Source: Lytechinus pictus
Lineage: Eukaryota
Assembly (NCBI RefSeq): GCF_037042905.1
Contig: NC_087250.1
Coordinates: forward strand, 17,238,001 to 17,302,000
Direction: 5' to 3'
DNA length: 64,000 nucleotides
The translations under genes were made by a program, and so were the position numbers. Within the stretch, counting starts at the first letter, position 1. The number at the start of each line of letters is the position of its first letter. This document shows positions 50,122-64,000 of the stretch, one piece after another. Under the pieces are notes generated by a model that was given only the letters and a program-made list of their open reading frames with translations, did not search any database and was not told the origin of the DNA.

Positions 50122-53100
50122 AATATGGTATACAGAGGTCTGTGGCGGCCATTTTTAATATCAAGATATAAATATTTTGTCAAAAAATGTTTTTTTCAGA
50201 GAGGATATCACTCCTGCAACACAATTACATACATTTTATAGCTAATTTGCTAGCAATTTTATGACTTTCATGGGTAAAATGCATATTTTGGCGGCCATAT
50301 TGGATTTTGCCAATTTGCGGAAAATGCTGAAGGTTACACGAGTGGCATCATTCATATTCGTAATCAGCACCCTCGAATTGACAAGAAACCATCAAAAAAT
50401 ATTGTATATATGAAAAAACAAGGTTATGCCCCTTCTATCCTGGACTATTAAGAATGTTCCTTAATGGGTACAATCAAACATTATGTAAACCAGTCCTTTG
50501 AAATATTAATAAGTAGCAAAATTGTGTAGATTGTGTTTCTCTCCCAAAAGAATCTTCTAGCATAATCTGTTCATCAATCAATGACAAACTAACGTTAAAT
50601 CCACGTTAAGTCAATCTTATCGACGTGCCAGTCCTTGAAAAATTATGATTGACATTTACTAATGTTACTTCGGGTTTTTGAAGAATGTGGTCTTCTGGAG
50701 GATTGAGAAGATGAACTAGAACTGCACTATTAACAGCTCTTCCATAGAGTGTTATCATCTCTAAGGGGGTAAACATAAGTGTGGGCAGGGTAAATGCTAG
50801 TCCAGTCGGCTATCCACGAACATGCCCGCTTTGATTAATGCATGGACTTACAGCGAATGATGAATGCCACCATTCTACGCCGTATTGTGAAATTCGATAA
50901 GGGGGCTCGGCAAACATTATTCATGCTGCCTTCGAGCAGGTACAGCAGCCGCCTCTGAGAGACGCGGGTTCGATTCCTTAAACCGAGGGAGCAAGTGAAT
51001 CTCAGTATATGAGAGGAGGTTTGTTATGGGAAATCGAATTAGTTCTTCCCATTATTAATATACATGTATTCTTATTTTGTCATTACCGTATGTTGTCTTT
51101 CTCTTTTTCACTGTTTCATGGTCCTCTTCCTCCTCCCGCGCTCTCCTCCGAAGCATTTTTTTTTATTCTTACGTCTCTTCTTCTTCATCCTTCTACAGTT
51201 TTATTATTCATCTTCTTCCTTTTCTTCTCCCTCTTCTTTACTTCGTCCTCCTTGTCTTCTTTCTTTTCTTCTTTTCCCCCCTTTTCTCCTACTCTGGCTT
51301 CTCCCCCTTCCCCTATTCCTCTTCTTTTTAATTCTTCTATTAATCTTTCTTTACGTCCACCCCCCCCCCCCCCATTGCACTTTTTTTTATTCTCTTCTTT
51401 ATGTTCCCCAGGCCTACCATGGACCTCCTTACATCTGCTTGTTAATTTTCGCTCTCATCCTTTCTCCCTCCTGTAGTTATTTTTTATTAATTTTTTTTTT
51501 AATACAGTCGTCCCTCTACTTCCTGATCTTCCTGATCATGCTTTATGCTCATCCTTTTTTTTTTAGAGGGGGTGTTGTTAAATCACTGACGTTGTCAGTA
51601 CCACCTTTTATAAATGAAGAGCTTGATTAAAAGGGGTTAATCTATTGTTTTTGTCCAAAATTGATTTAAAAAAAAAATAACTATATCTATTTTATACATG
51701 GGAATCAAATGCCCCATATCGCATTTGAAAATAGAATTGGGACGATTGGTAAAAATGAATTGCAAATTTAAGTTTTATTCCAAAAGGAGCTAAATCCAAT
51801 ACCGGGTCCTTTAAAATTGGTCTGTGCAAATTTTGATGAAAATAACATATTTTTACTTTTTTATGAATAATCGAAGATGATAGCACTATCATAATGTCCA
51901 AACAAAACAGCTGTGGATAAGGGAAAGTGGTGAATTTACAAAAAAAACAGAAAAACACCATTAGCTCCTTTTGGAATAAAACTCTTCAAATATGGCGTAG
52001 ATGTGCCAGTGCCTGTATGGAAGAAATGCTCGTGAAATTCATGGACATGAAATTAAACAAGTGAGAGATGAGGGGGGATGGGTTGATCAGAATTCCGCGG
52101 TAACGCAATAATGGCAATGACAAATATTGAGGTTAGCTTCGCGGTAATATTGGAAAGATGTTTATTAGATTGTGAGGTAATAAGAGACACCTAGGCCTCC
52201 CCTGCACATCGCATCTCGGCTTATCCTCTATCTTTAACCATTCTACATCTCTTTTTCCTCTTTTCTTCAAGGACACCCAACAGATTGAATGCACTTTTTA
52301 TTCCATGTATACCCCAACAATATGATATAGTAATCATATTGATAATACTGATAATATCTTATTCAACGGAGGTAACCATCCCATCTCTTGCGATCAGTAC
52401 GGCTCTCCTATAACGGGCCTTGCATAACAAAAAGGGTTGTTACTAATACACTCGATTTTGATGCCGAGCGCCAGGCTAGAAAGACAGAGGACTCGTTTTC
52501 AAAGTCTTTTGGTATGACTTGCTCAACGATCGACCCAACAACTTCCTATTTCTCGTGGCACGCCAGGCTCTACCGATTAAATTGAATTCATTTATTTTCC
52601 GTTAAAAAACATGTAAAATCAAGAATATACAAACATTACAAAGTATAGAAATGAGACATTATACAAATGAGGTATCATACTTTAAATAAATGCAAAATAC
52701 TTCGTTTTATATATACATATTAAGAAAATCGGATGCCCGTGGAAGCAGTATGCTTGTAGGGTTGGGTCACCCAGAACATGTCACCTTTCAGATAAAAACA
52801 AGAATTTCAACTCTTTAAACAAATTTTGGGAAATCAGAAGAGGGGAAAGTGTATAGAATGTATCACATTTTAGATGTTATTTCTCACTTCTCAACTATGC
52901 CGAGTGCTAATCCATGAAGTGATTAAAATAATTTTGGACAATCTGTAAAAATAAGTTACTCTTTTAAGCTACTGATTTAGTAAGACTTCTGGTTTTATGC
53001 GAAGTATTAATTAGGTAAAAAAGGTAAGCCATTATCCTATCAACATGTCAAATGTTAATTGTTTTCAGCCGGGAACGAGTTCTAGGAAGCCGTCTGAAAA

Positions 53101-53734
53101 AGGTAAAGGTATGATCAGAACATAATATATGTTGTTTGTCCGAAATCGAGACACTGTCTGTAACTTTGTTCGTTTTGTTTACCTCGTCTTGTACGTCACG
53201 CTTTCCTTCCTTGTTATGTTTAAATATCCATGAGAGCTCTTACAATGTGGTGTGGAGGTGGGTTGCATGCGTGTGTGTTTGTGCCTGTGCGAATGAGGGA
53301 GAAGAGAAAACCGAGGCCTTGTTCAAATAAAAACCACTGTGCAAACACTAATGACTGATGCGCGCTTTGTCTTTACAGGAAAAGACGATAATAAAGGATT
53401 CGCGGTCGAAGACAGCAAATTACATGCGTACCGGCATTTATTCAAACAACACGGTGGCCTACATACGCAAATGAAAGCAATAATGAGCTTGATTGCCTTG
53501 TAATAATGGGTATTATTCGGCGGTTGGCTTTGCTTGGCAATCGGTATTGAGTGTAAGGACTTGTTTGTCTGCTTTTGCCGGCTCAAGCAAAATGTCGCAA
53601 GTCACAGTAGAGCGCAAGCGAATCTACAACTGTCATCTTAAATCAACAACCAACCGTACGAACCCAGTAGCACAAATCCGACATGCTTGATATTTCGTAA
53701 CAGATGTAATGTCTGAAGACTTGGACTTGATAGA

Positions 53735-54025
53735 CGTTAAAGGTGTAGGTTACTTCAAACCTGGCTCTGTGTACTCTCGACATACCTGGAAATAAAATTC
53801 TGGCATTCAAATCGTATAACATACCATTAAGTCCTTTCGAAGGAAATGTCCATCAAAATATGAATATGATTTTAATAAAAAGATTGGTTAAAGGTGTAGG
53901 TCATCTACGACTTCTTCGTACCCTCTTCATACCTGGAAATAAACTCCAGATGTTCGAAACGAGTAGCATACCGTAATATCCTTTTGATGAAAAATATGAA
54001 GGTAATTTAAATGAAAAAATGGATT
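53735..54025. repeat. Degenerate tandem duplication (~150 bp x2)
   Basis: gttaaaggtgtaggt...catacctggaaataaa...cataCC..tcctttt..aaaatatgaa occurs twice. Confidence 0.7.
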
Positions 54026-54644
54026 AAATCATGCATTAAATCTAATTTTCTTTCGTCAAAACCAAATCTGAATTTAAATGCTGATGGAATTTTCATTTCC
54101 CAAACCATTTACACAAAAGCAGTGACTGCAAGACGCTGCTAGTGATATGCATTGCATATTCACTGAGAAAGAAACGCGCTCACATTCTATCGTCACTATA
54201 GGCCTACCTCAGTTCTGATTCTCGTGGAGAAAGGTAACATTATTGTTATTAATCTAAAGTACACCTATCTAAAATGACAAATAGTGGATACAGAAACACA
54301 GAAGGGTAGATTGTAGACAATGTGTTTAAAGAGAACTTTTGAGAACTAGGATTAAATATGTGTGGTGTATTCTTATCAAATTTGACAAATTTCACTATCA
54401 AGGTTATTCTTTAAAGTCTTCCCATCATACCTTATCATGTCTCAGCCATGGAGTCGTGTTTTATATGCACAGAAAGCATCTGAAGTATCACAGTCATACT
54501 GACCAAAGTGACTCCTGGGACCTGGTCTTACAAAGACATACGATTGATTTAATCGACCTATTAAAAGCCAGCAACGCCAACATCTAAAATACATATTTGT
54601 TCGAAATATTTTCTATATAAATATAAATATAAATTAAAATATGA

Positions 54645-54831
54645 GTTTTCTCGGTCCACAATCATTTTCATTGGTCCAAAGCTATGGAACTGTTTAGATC
54701 CTGATATGAAGAGTTGCCCTACATTGTCTAGGTTTAGGAAGATGTATATAAATAATATAATTAATTCTTATACTCCCTGATTTTACTTCTATTTTTAATT
54801 TTTGAATAACTTTATAACTTTATTGCTTTAT

Positions 54832-54865
<34 letters not shown>

Positions 54866-55102
54866 GATCAGTCATATGTTATCTTTATATGTTGGGGACA
54901 AGCCCTTGATAGGCCCCGGGCCTTTGTTTGTCCCTCCACTTTTTAATATTCTGTTAATGTTCCGTACTTTGTTTATCCTTTTGTTTTTGTACCAAGTAAG
55001 TATATGTATTGTATTATTCATTGTTCTTTGAATCACTTTGTGCAATTTTGATGTAATTTTTATTGAATAGTGGAAATAAAATGAATTGAATTGAATTGAA
55101 TA
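54645..55102 (+). mobile_element. LINE 3' fragment inserted in a MITE
   Basis: Translates to IIFIGPKLWNCLDPDMKSCPTLSRFRKMY, then a 3'UTR, AATAAA and an (ATTGA)n tail. Confidence 0.75.
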
Positions 55103-56954
55103 TGTTGTGTATTCATACATTCATAGTTTTCTTGAAATTTCAGTGTGCTTCTTTTTGTTTACAATTGGACATTTTGCAAATTTCCAGAAGAAAAAATTAT
55201 GACGTAGATGGTTTCCATATACTTGAAGTTGATAGGATCAATCGTAACTCTTTGCAAGACGTGGCCAAGATTGATCAAACCTATCGCGTTACTTTCAATG
55301 TCATGATATCGGTCGGTTTGGGGGCGATTGTGTTGGTGAAGAAGGGGTTCATATCTACTTAAGATGTAAGGGACGATCTGGCAATCAGGGCCCAGTTTCA
55401 TAAAAACTTGTTCTAATAACAAATATACGATTTCTATAAAAACAACATTAATATCAGCCAATCAAATAAATGGATTTCAGTCGGATCTAACTGTTGTTTT
55501 AGCTTTGTTTTATGAAACAGTACACAGGTCTGCTTCTACTTTTTTTCTCGGATATCATAAAAGAATATATAACAACTGGATGAGGAATTGATAACCTTAT
55601 ATTTTAATTTAATGAGGATGATTGTGGTAATCATAAAGAAGATGATGTTGATGATGTTTATACTGATGATGACGATGATGATGGCGGTGATGATGATGAA
55701 AATGGCGATGATCGTGAGGATGATGATGATTGGTGCAGATGATGATCGTTAGAATGATGGTGGTACACGAAGATGATGATGAAGATGGTGATGGTGACGG
55801 TGATTGTGATTTTTTTTTAATGTGCGTTTGTGTGTGAGGAGGAGTGTGAACAACGAAAGGAGACAATAGAGAGGAAGAAGGGTCGTGGCAGAGAGACGGG
55901 GACTATAAGAATTTTCACTCTGAACACATTCAACGTTTACTACAAACGGCGCTGCGATTTCATGAAATTCTAAGACGCTGTTTATCAACGCATAAATGGA
56001 ACACTTTCCACACTACAGACATTTACTAGAAATTTCGAATGCGACTCGGCAACATATTTAGCTATACAAAAAGCATATGTATACTTAACGTCCGTGACGA
56101 CGGCACCGAACCTCTTAAATGTTCCAAACACGAAGGGATTTGAAGGCTCCTAATGACGGTAGATTTATGTAGGGCCGTATCTCTGGAGCCCAGTTATTAT
56201 TCATGCCCAGGGATGTAGATTGGTATTTGGAAGAATACTCGTATATAAAATATGAAGAACAAAACGCATCAGGGGCCCCGTTTCAGAATTCGTTACGTTC
56301 AAACGCAAGTCAAAATATCAATCGGAAGTCTTAAAATGCGCATTTTTTGATTGGTTGAGAATCAAGTTGCGTTTGATTGTTTAGATTTTCGTTTAATTGC
56401 AACTCTTTCTTCAACGGACCTTCGTTGTCTTATGGAGCCAATGCCCAATGTTAGAAATCAGGTAAAGTTGTTATATATAGTACATGAATTGAAACTTCCA
56501 ATAGCAAACTCGGAAATCCATCGACGTTGCGCCAATCAATGCGCAAATTTTGTTTCCATTCGTAAATTGTAAATACTGCGTACATGTCTCATTCGTTGAT
56601 AGTACTCCTTTTCCACATTTTGATATGTTTGGTTGATGAGAAGTATTTTCCTTCTAAGTGCACCTGAGCCAGTCATTACGCACTGTGCGACGGACGTCAT
56701 TATACGGGAATTATCAAAAGACAAGATAGTAGGTGTTTATTGATATTTCCAGCCTCCACCCAGTTGTATTTACTGAGTACCATGAAGGAAGGAATCTCCT
56801 GAATGCTCGAAATTATATTATTATAGTGGTCATTATTATTATTATTGTTGTTATTATTATCATTATTGTTATTGTAATTAATATTGTTGTTATTAGTAGT
56901 ATTATTATTATTATTTTTATTATTATCGAGTACTGTACTCCTCTTCCCATATCT

Positions 56955-57115
56955 GGGGCCCGTTTCATAAAAGACTTGCAGCTGTTGTAACATTGCCATT
57001 ATGGCAACTACAATGGTAACAGGGCTCAGCAGCCAATCGTAATCAAGGTTTCCATTGTAGTTTGCCATAATGGCAAAGGTACAACAGTTGTAAGTCCTTT
57101 ATGAAACGGGCCCCT
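56955..57115. mobile_element. MITE (GGGCCCGTTTCATAAA family); copies at ~59940-60094 and ~55387-55530
   Basis: TIR ggggcccgtttcataaa / tttatgaaacgggcccc with an internal palindrome ttgccattatggcaa. Confidence 0.8.
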
Positions 57116-60100
57116 GGATACGAAAATGACAACAATATTTACAAGAGAAAAAATTGAAGAAAATACCATGGCAAGAAAATATTTCAATGGAGTATAATAA
57201 AAAAGGTAAATGTATGTAAATAATTTTCATAAATCAAATCCAGAGTTACAGGCCTTGGGTCTCGTATCACATAACTAAGCAATCAATATTACTTCTGATC
57301 TATACGGACAACTTTACGCTCTTCACTGACAATCCATCCTAAAAACTATATGTTACGATTAATCACTATGCGTTGTGTAAACGCTATCGTGTACCTTTAA
57401 GCGTCTTATCATGCGAGAAACCAGCATGATGTTTTCACATTACTTGAGTGGCGTGTTATTAATACTATATGTCAAGCTCCATATACATATGTTTCTATCA
57501 TAATCCCACCCTTATTATTTCAGCCGACATGTAAGTGATGTATGTGGGACTGTATCTTCGATCAACTACACTAGATTGCATTGGGTGTCTTTATTCACTT
57601 AGTGTATTAAAGCATTTGACTAAAGGGTGATAAAAAAAAATTGTTGAAATATATTAAATTATTGATTTTATGCGATAGACTGTTTTCGGTAAAATTTATT
57701 TAATTTAAATTGATTTTAAATTGATTGTCTTAGTGGCCCATACATGGAGTATAATGTATGTGAAACGCTTTGTAACCAAAAGGAAAAGGTGCTTTATCAA
57801 ATGACTATTGGATTGCATGGGATTGGACATGGCCAGAAGTCAAAATTAACGAGATGAATATACATGTACATGTAAAAACATTACATTCTTTTTAACAGAA
57901 TCTCATGTGAAATCGAATAGTTAAGTTAAAAGAATAAATAGTCGAATGTGATACCAATGTTGGCTCGAAGTCTTAGCGATGAAATAAAAGAAAATTATTT
58001 GTTAGGGTAAGTAAGCTTGTGGCCGATGGCTCGCCAAGGATGATAAAGTGTTAGCACATCGCCTGGGTTTTGAACCCGAAGACCCGTTTCACGAAAGCGT
58101 CATACATGTAACTCCAGCTCCACGCCATTCCTGTGGCTAGCCAAGGTATCCAACACGCTGATTGGACAGACGAATGGATTACTCACTTGGAAAGCATACA
58201 TCTATTAATAAGACGATCATTGTTCAGCACCAGGAAACCTATCTGCGGGGAAATCGCATGATCAAGTGTTACATTGCACCATTTCGAATGAAAAACTACA
58301 CAGCAATGCAAGAACTAGGGTGTTAAGACTGTCACGAGCTGGTGTCTCTACAGCAGGCCACTCCCGAGGTGTTACAATTACACCCTAGAGTAAAAACCAA
58401 AGTTGCTGTAATAACATGGGTGTTGTACTAACACTGTAAATTAAACACGGGAGTATAATAATTGGTCCGTTCCTCTGTTTACACTAATGGTTTACACCTG
58501 TTCTTGATCATGTAATAAACGATTAAATATTGACGCCAAAATATACTTCCTCATCTTCAATGTACGCCCACGCGACCTCTGTAATTCCATGTATTGACAT
58601 TAATAGTTACACTGGACAGCGTAGTGGGTGGAATGATTAATGTGGTCATCCACGACTGCAGTGGTGAAAAATGAATTTCCTTATTCATGTTGATAGCATT
58701 GCAGACAATAAATTTCAGAGAGGTTATACGCGTGAACAACACGGCCATGAGAACGATTTTTTTCACTGGGGGTGCTGATGTCAATTTGAAAAGAAGAAAA
58801 TAAAAGGGTTTCACTACAAATTGGTGTCAATTTGTTCTCTACAAATTTGGAAAGCAAAAAAAAAAGGTTTGCACTACAAAATGGATGTCAATTTGGATCA
58901 TACAAATTTTGGAAAATAGTTTCAATACAAATTTTGGAAAATAGTTTCAATACAAATTTTGGAAAATAGTTTCAATACAAAATAAAGGTCATTCTGGTTA
59001 CATTTCTCAATTTTCTCACACCTTCCAGAATTCCAGGGGGTGCTGCCGATACACCCCCATCTTTACGCCCTCCTTTGCATGGTTTCCACGAGGTGCTCCT
59101 TTATTTCTATTTCTGTTCTGTGTACTGTCCACTTCCTATCACACGTAATGGCGTCGCTGAAGGGATCTTGGGGACCTCACCCTTATAATGTTAATCATGA
59201 AATAAACACATGCTCACAAAGTGTGGTTTCATGAAATTCTTTCTATTTCACCGATAAGGTAGGTAGGCCTACGTGAAATTGTATTGACGAACTCTGGACA
59301 TTTCAAATGTAATTCTTACCAGGTTCAGCCGACATTTTCTGAAAAGAGGCCAATTATGAAAATGTCAATGAAAGTCGAATGATAGAGAACCGAAATTAGC
59401 ATCGTTCCCCATTGCCACGGTTCATTGACGTCTCGAGATCTCTTTTATGAGTGTCCCATTATTTTCTGTCTCGGATGGTCGCATTCTGTCCTGTTTTCGT
59501 CTAATTATGATAATTACTAATACATAATACTTTAATATAGCACGATGGCAGTCTTTGTAAGGTATGTAGCAATGATGTAAATTCGTGGAACCTTGACATC
59601 TTTGACATTTATGACATGGGTCCACTGTATCCTCTCTGAAAAGGTCTATCCGTGCGTCAATGGAGAGCAGAAGTGTAATAAGCTTTTTTTTAAAGAACAA
59701 AAACATCTTCTTCAAAACAATTTAATCATGATTGCACTCCGAAAGGGAGTAAAATGAGAGTGAATGTGAATAAATTGAGACGCCTGCTTTAACCAAGCAA
59801 CAGCGTATTGAGGCAAGCTGTGAGAGCCAGACTTGACAAACAAAGCTGCAAGCGAAGCGAACGTGCAAAAAAATAGATCGTTTTCTTTTACAAAACTCTA
59901 AATTTGTGATAGAATTTGACATTATATTTACAAAACAATGGGCCCGTGTTATAAAGAGTTACAACTGTTGTAACTTTGCCATTATGGCAACTATCATGGT
60001 AACCTTGATTTTGATTGGCTGCTGAGCCCTGTTACCATGGTAGTTGCCATAATGGCAACGTTACAACAGTTGTAAGTCCTTTATGAAACGGGCCATATAT

Positions 60101-60664
60101 CATATTTCACCCTATGTCGCCCCTCTCTTTTCTTCTTGTTCTTATTCTAATCTTGGTCTTCATTTTTAAGATGGTGCATGGCCCGCAGTCCATTCACCAT
60201 CTCTATGCCAGTAGCACCAAACAGTGAATGTGATACACGTTTTGAATACGACTTTGAAATCGATTTCCCTTTAACAGCAATGTTTTTCTATGACTCATGA
60301 TATATATTGGGGATGCTGGGGGCTGTCTCGTGGCTGAATGGAGACATGTTGATTGATCGAATAATAATACCACGTAAGGTATGCTAGAGGTTAGCTACAT
60401 TTAGAAAGCGCTTCCCTAATCACGTATTCACATACTATTTTACTTGTCAAATATGCGTGATATTACATTTTGTTTTGTTTGTTGCTGTTTGATTAATTGC
60501 AGTTACTTTCTATCTTAGTACAATGAAATAAACCATTTGTCAAACTTTGTGCATAATCATATTAGAAAATTAAAGAAAAATAATTTAGTCAACATAACGC
60601 TTTATGGTAGATTTCTAATTAACATGAAAAGGAAGTGTATCACCCACACACGCATCCACATATA

Positions 60665-61609
60665 TATGGTGGCCCTGAAGGGACATCGCAAATAGACCAA
60701 ATCGCGAATATTCACGACGTCGCCAATTTTGTCGTAAATTTCGTCGTTAATTTGAATATTCACGACGAAATTGGCGACAAAATTCACGACATTTTAAATT
60801 TTATATAGTGACATGAAATATTCTTTTTATTTCCATGTCTTCCCCTCATCTTACTTTATTCACTCGTCTCCTCCTCTTCTTTTTTCTCCTCTCTCTTCCC
60901 TCCTTTTTTTTTCTTTCTTTCTTTTTTCCCCTTTTTTTGCTCCGCCAATAGGGGGAGGGGGCTGGCCCCTCGGCCCCCCTCCCCCTGGATCCGCCTATGC
61001 ATATGGATAGCAGTGGATATCGTTCTGTCGTTTCAATGGTTTATTTTTCAATTGGTCTAATGCCAACTCGTCTGCTATCATTTTGGTCTACCATCAGTTC
61101 GTCCACTATCCATATGGTCTAACTGCCATTTTGTCTAATAACTAAGTTGGTCCAATTGCCATTTATTCCATATGCCATTTGGTCTAATTGAACTAAGTGT
61201 TAATTCGGCGAAATTAAGGAAAATAAAATTGATATTAGACCAACTAGTTATGAGACGAAATGGTCATAGACGAACTGGTGATTAGACGAAGTGATGACTG
61301 GACCAAATGGTTATTGGACCATATGGTTGTTAGGCGGAAAGTTAATGGACAGAATTGCATTAGACTAAATGAATGTAGATCGACCCTGCAGTGGAGGAAT
61401 TAGCAGCAGACGAATTGGTTTCAACCCGCATACCGCCCAGGCAAGCAAAACAAATTCACGACGAAATTGGCGACGAAAATCACGACGTCGTGAATTTCGT
61501 CGTGAATAATTCGCGACGAAATTCACGATGTCGTGAATTTCGTCGCCAATTTCGTCGTGAATATTCGCGGATTGGTCTATATTTGCGATGTCACTTCAGG
61601 GCCACCATA
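60665..61609. mobile_element. Long-TIR element with CGACGAAATT repeats, containing nested fragments
   Basis: TIR atggtggccctgaag.gacatcgcaaatagaccaa.tcgcgaatattcacgacg and its complement. Inside are a reversed end of the GGATCCGCCTATG family (~60800-60999) and the TTGGTCTAAT element. Confidence 0.8.
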
Positions 61610-61729
61610 AATATATACATCATGTATATACATACACAGTGTGACCATTACCTCAACCTTGAGCAGATGTCAATTGCATTGTATGTGCAAACTAAGAGTA
61701 ACTCACGGTTCTTATTATGTACATTTGGG

Positions 61730-63250
61730 TTAAATTAATGTACGATTCGAAATTTGAGAATAATTTAATTTTCGAATTTTCAAAAACAACAGCCAATATA
61801 TTTCCAATGCGTGATTCTTTTTCCTAAAACATTCACTGAATTTAATCACTTTATGATTAGAAAATATTGATTCGTCCATGCACATACGCAGACAGGAATG
61901 AAAACCACATGCAAATAAAATGATATTTATGAGGCATACATGATAATATATCATTCCTTTTGAGTTTACAACATATTGAAGAAATAGATATCGAAATAGG
62001 CAGTATGATTAATGCACCGTAAGTAAACATGGTAAATGTTATTTTTCTATTCATAAATACTGGCGAAGTAAGATTCGGTGGTATTAATCCTATAACGGCT
62101 AGCATACATCGTGTATAAGATCGTGTCAGTGCAATTATAGACGATGATAGCAGCAATGTTTTTCCTGCATTTGCAACGATACATGCTTTTGCAAGGAACC
62201 CTACTTTGCTAGGAGGGTATTCAAGGCTTGCTATAAGATAACTCGCGTACAAAATGCTGATCCGTGTAGAAAGAGTTGCATTTAAACGAAACTAACAAAA
62301 GAATAATAAAACAATTAAAAAAAACAAGCGCTTATCCGTCATACGTGCATTTCATGGGTTAAAAGTCAAGATGGGTTTATTTTTTGGAGTTGTGTTTGAT
62401 CGTTGCTCTTTGTGCAACCGGTCCGCAGAGTTCACCTGAATCATGCTTAATTGAATATGAAACAAATTAAGTCATGCGGGGTTAGCGAAAAATTATTCTT
62501 TCCAGCATAAAAAAACAACAACAATCAAATAGCATACTTTAGACAGTGTGACCAAGGGGTTACTTGGTAGGACGTAATTCCTCGGCATCATTCATCATTA
62601 TCCACCGTAGGCTTGCATCATCACTTAACATGCTTAATGAAGTATACTAACATAATATGTAGGTCTCAAACTTGAAACCCTGGCTTAATGAATCAGATTA
62701 AGTGCCTTTGGTATTAAAGTAATCGTAAGGCGTATTATTATGTCATTTAAATTGGATCGTCACTTTGAATTTCTCTATGAAAGAGATACAAAGTATAATC
62801 ATAAAAATTACTATACACATTACGACGCTTACTCCTTATAATTACATAGTTCGCAATGATAGAGAGTTTTCGCTCGGTAACGTGCGGATGATTCAAGTTT
62901 CAAATAACCGTCAAAAAACAACTAAGGAGCCTTCGTCGGAAGTTGTTGAATCAAAATAACAGCTTAACCCTTGATTCTGGGCAAGCGATGCATTTGATTT
63001 TTTTATCAGCTCTGGAAGTAGGACTTCTTGGTAACTCTTTATCATTTGACTACCTATTAGTAAAGTTCCAAAGCGGAACTCCTTATCCCTTAACATCTTG
63101 CCTTTCAATGGATTAATTAAAGAAAATGTATTGAAAATCCTCGTGTAATGAAAGTATAAAACAATTACTTTGACAACTACTTTATGTTTACCTGTAAATT
63201 CAGCAACAAAGGTTGTCAAAATAATTGTACTTTCAGATTTGCAAATCACA
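61730..63250 (-). pseudogene. Possible decayed intronless 7TM receptor (LRR-GPCR/rhodopsin-like)
   Basis: Minus-strand reading gives LSCYF...LPSENSLSLRTM*L*GVSVVMCIVIFMIILCISF (hinge/TM1-like), then hydrophobic segments TLLLSSSIIALTRSY and FTMFTYGALIILPISISISSIC. Many in-frame stops. Confidence 0.3.
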
Positions 63251-64000
63251 AGGATTTTCGCCTAAAAATAAAGTTTATTGAATTTGCTGTTCATTTCTTC
63301 ATTTTGTTTTTATCCTTTTTTTTCACGTAAGGTCAGTCTTGTCCAAGACGTACTGAATTATGTCATGATGTATAATAATTTCTTGTGTAGGTCTATTTTG
63401 TGGAAGGTTTATACAATGTTCGTTTGCAAATCAGTCGTCCCAATTCCAATCGTCTAATTCAAATACTTTATGTCTATTGTCCACTGTCTGAAGTAGGGTC
63501 TGAAAACGTCCTTGATCCATCATCACTCTTGACATAAGACTACCGCACGGTGGCATTTTGGCATCTTAGAGAGTGAAGTCATACCTTGTTTGGATTAAAC
63601 TCAGAAGTGATGGACCGCCCTTGAATATATTGGTTGTCAGTGCTGAGAGTGGAAAACAAAACGAAAGGTAAATGACAGACCAATGGCATAGCCTCTTTCT
63701 CAAGGGGCCCAGTTGCAGTTAGGAACGGGTTTTCGCAATTGCAACGGGGACCGATTCTACATCATAACAAATCTATTGAAAATGGCCGTCAAATTACAAT
63801 GAACAGATGAGAGGTCTTTGTCGAAAATTGGTGAACCGGGACCGCAGGTCGTACTACGATTTGGAGCTGACGAAATATTGCAAATATGTCGTTTGTCCAG
63901 AGTCCAGTACGACTTTGTTGTTTTGATTCACCGATTTTCGGCAAAGCCTGTTTTCTCAAGAAGGGCCTTTGACAATAGATTCTCAATGTTCTAGAATTCG

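Larger units (their letters stand above)
43594..50447. mobile_element. Academ-like long-TIR (foldback) non-autonomous element hosting two nested insertions
   Basis: Termini TAGTC..GACTA with TTA on both sides (3-bp TSD). 45077-45480 is mirrored by 50122-50410 plus 47340-47503. AAAATGGCCGCC modules face inward from both arms and flip near 46500-46590. Confidence 0.75.

Noticed and set aside
53070..53102. Short AG..GT-bounded segment as exon 2 of the 34739 gene
   Set aside because: In the required phase it reads A-G-N-E-F-stop and shows no PKI motif.

Overview
Eukaryotic, AT-rich, repeat-dense genomic DNA, most likely from a sea urchin (histone H4 with Cys73 and a sea-urchin-like H4 leader; species not determinable). 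Host genes: (1) the last three coding exons of a class I Rab11-family-interacting protein gene (1740-5056, +); (2) a reconstructable 72-aa secreted prepropeptide gene (22216-25181, +) whose first coding exon is split by a 2.3-kb nested non-autonomous DNA transposon with an 8-bp TSD; (3) a candidate first coding exon at 34739-34862 whose end (DFVKT-G) fits the start of the PKA-inhibitor motif; (4) a possible decayed 7TM receptor on the minus strand near 62-63 kb. A frameshifted histone H4 orphon (18782-19149) lies inside an insert with inverted end motifs, itself nested in a DNA transposon. The rest is layered mobile DNA: CA..TG elements with 5-, 6- or 8-bp TSDs, an Academ-like long-TIR element, a young 5'-truncated CR1-group LINE with an intact RT frame, tRNA-SINEs, many MITEs and satellites. 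The most striking candidate novelty is a ~175-bp TSD-flanked retroposon at 39878-40051 with a 7SL/Alu-like head joined to a Deu-domain-like core. All calls were made by eye; no searches were run.
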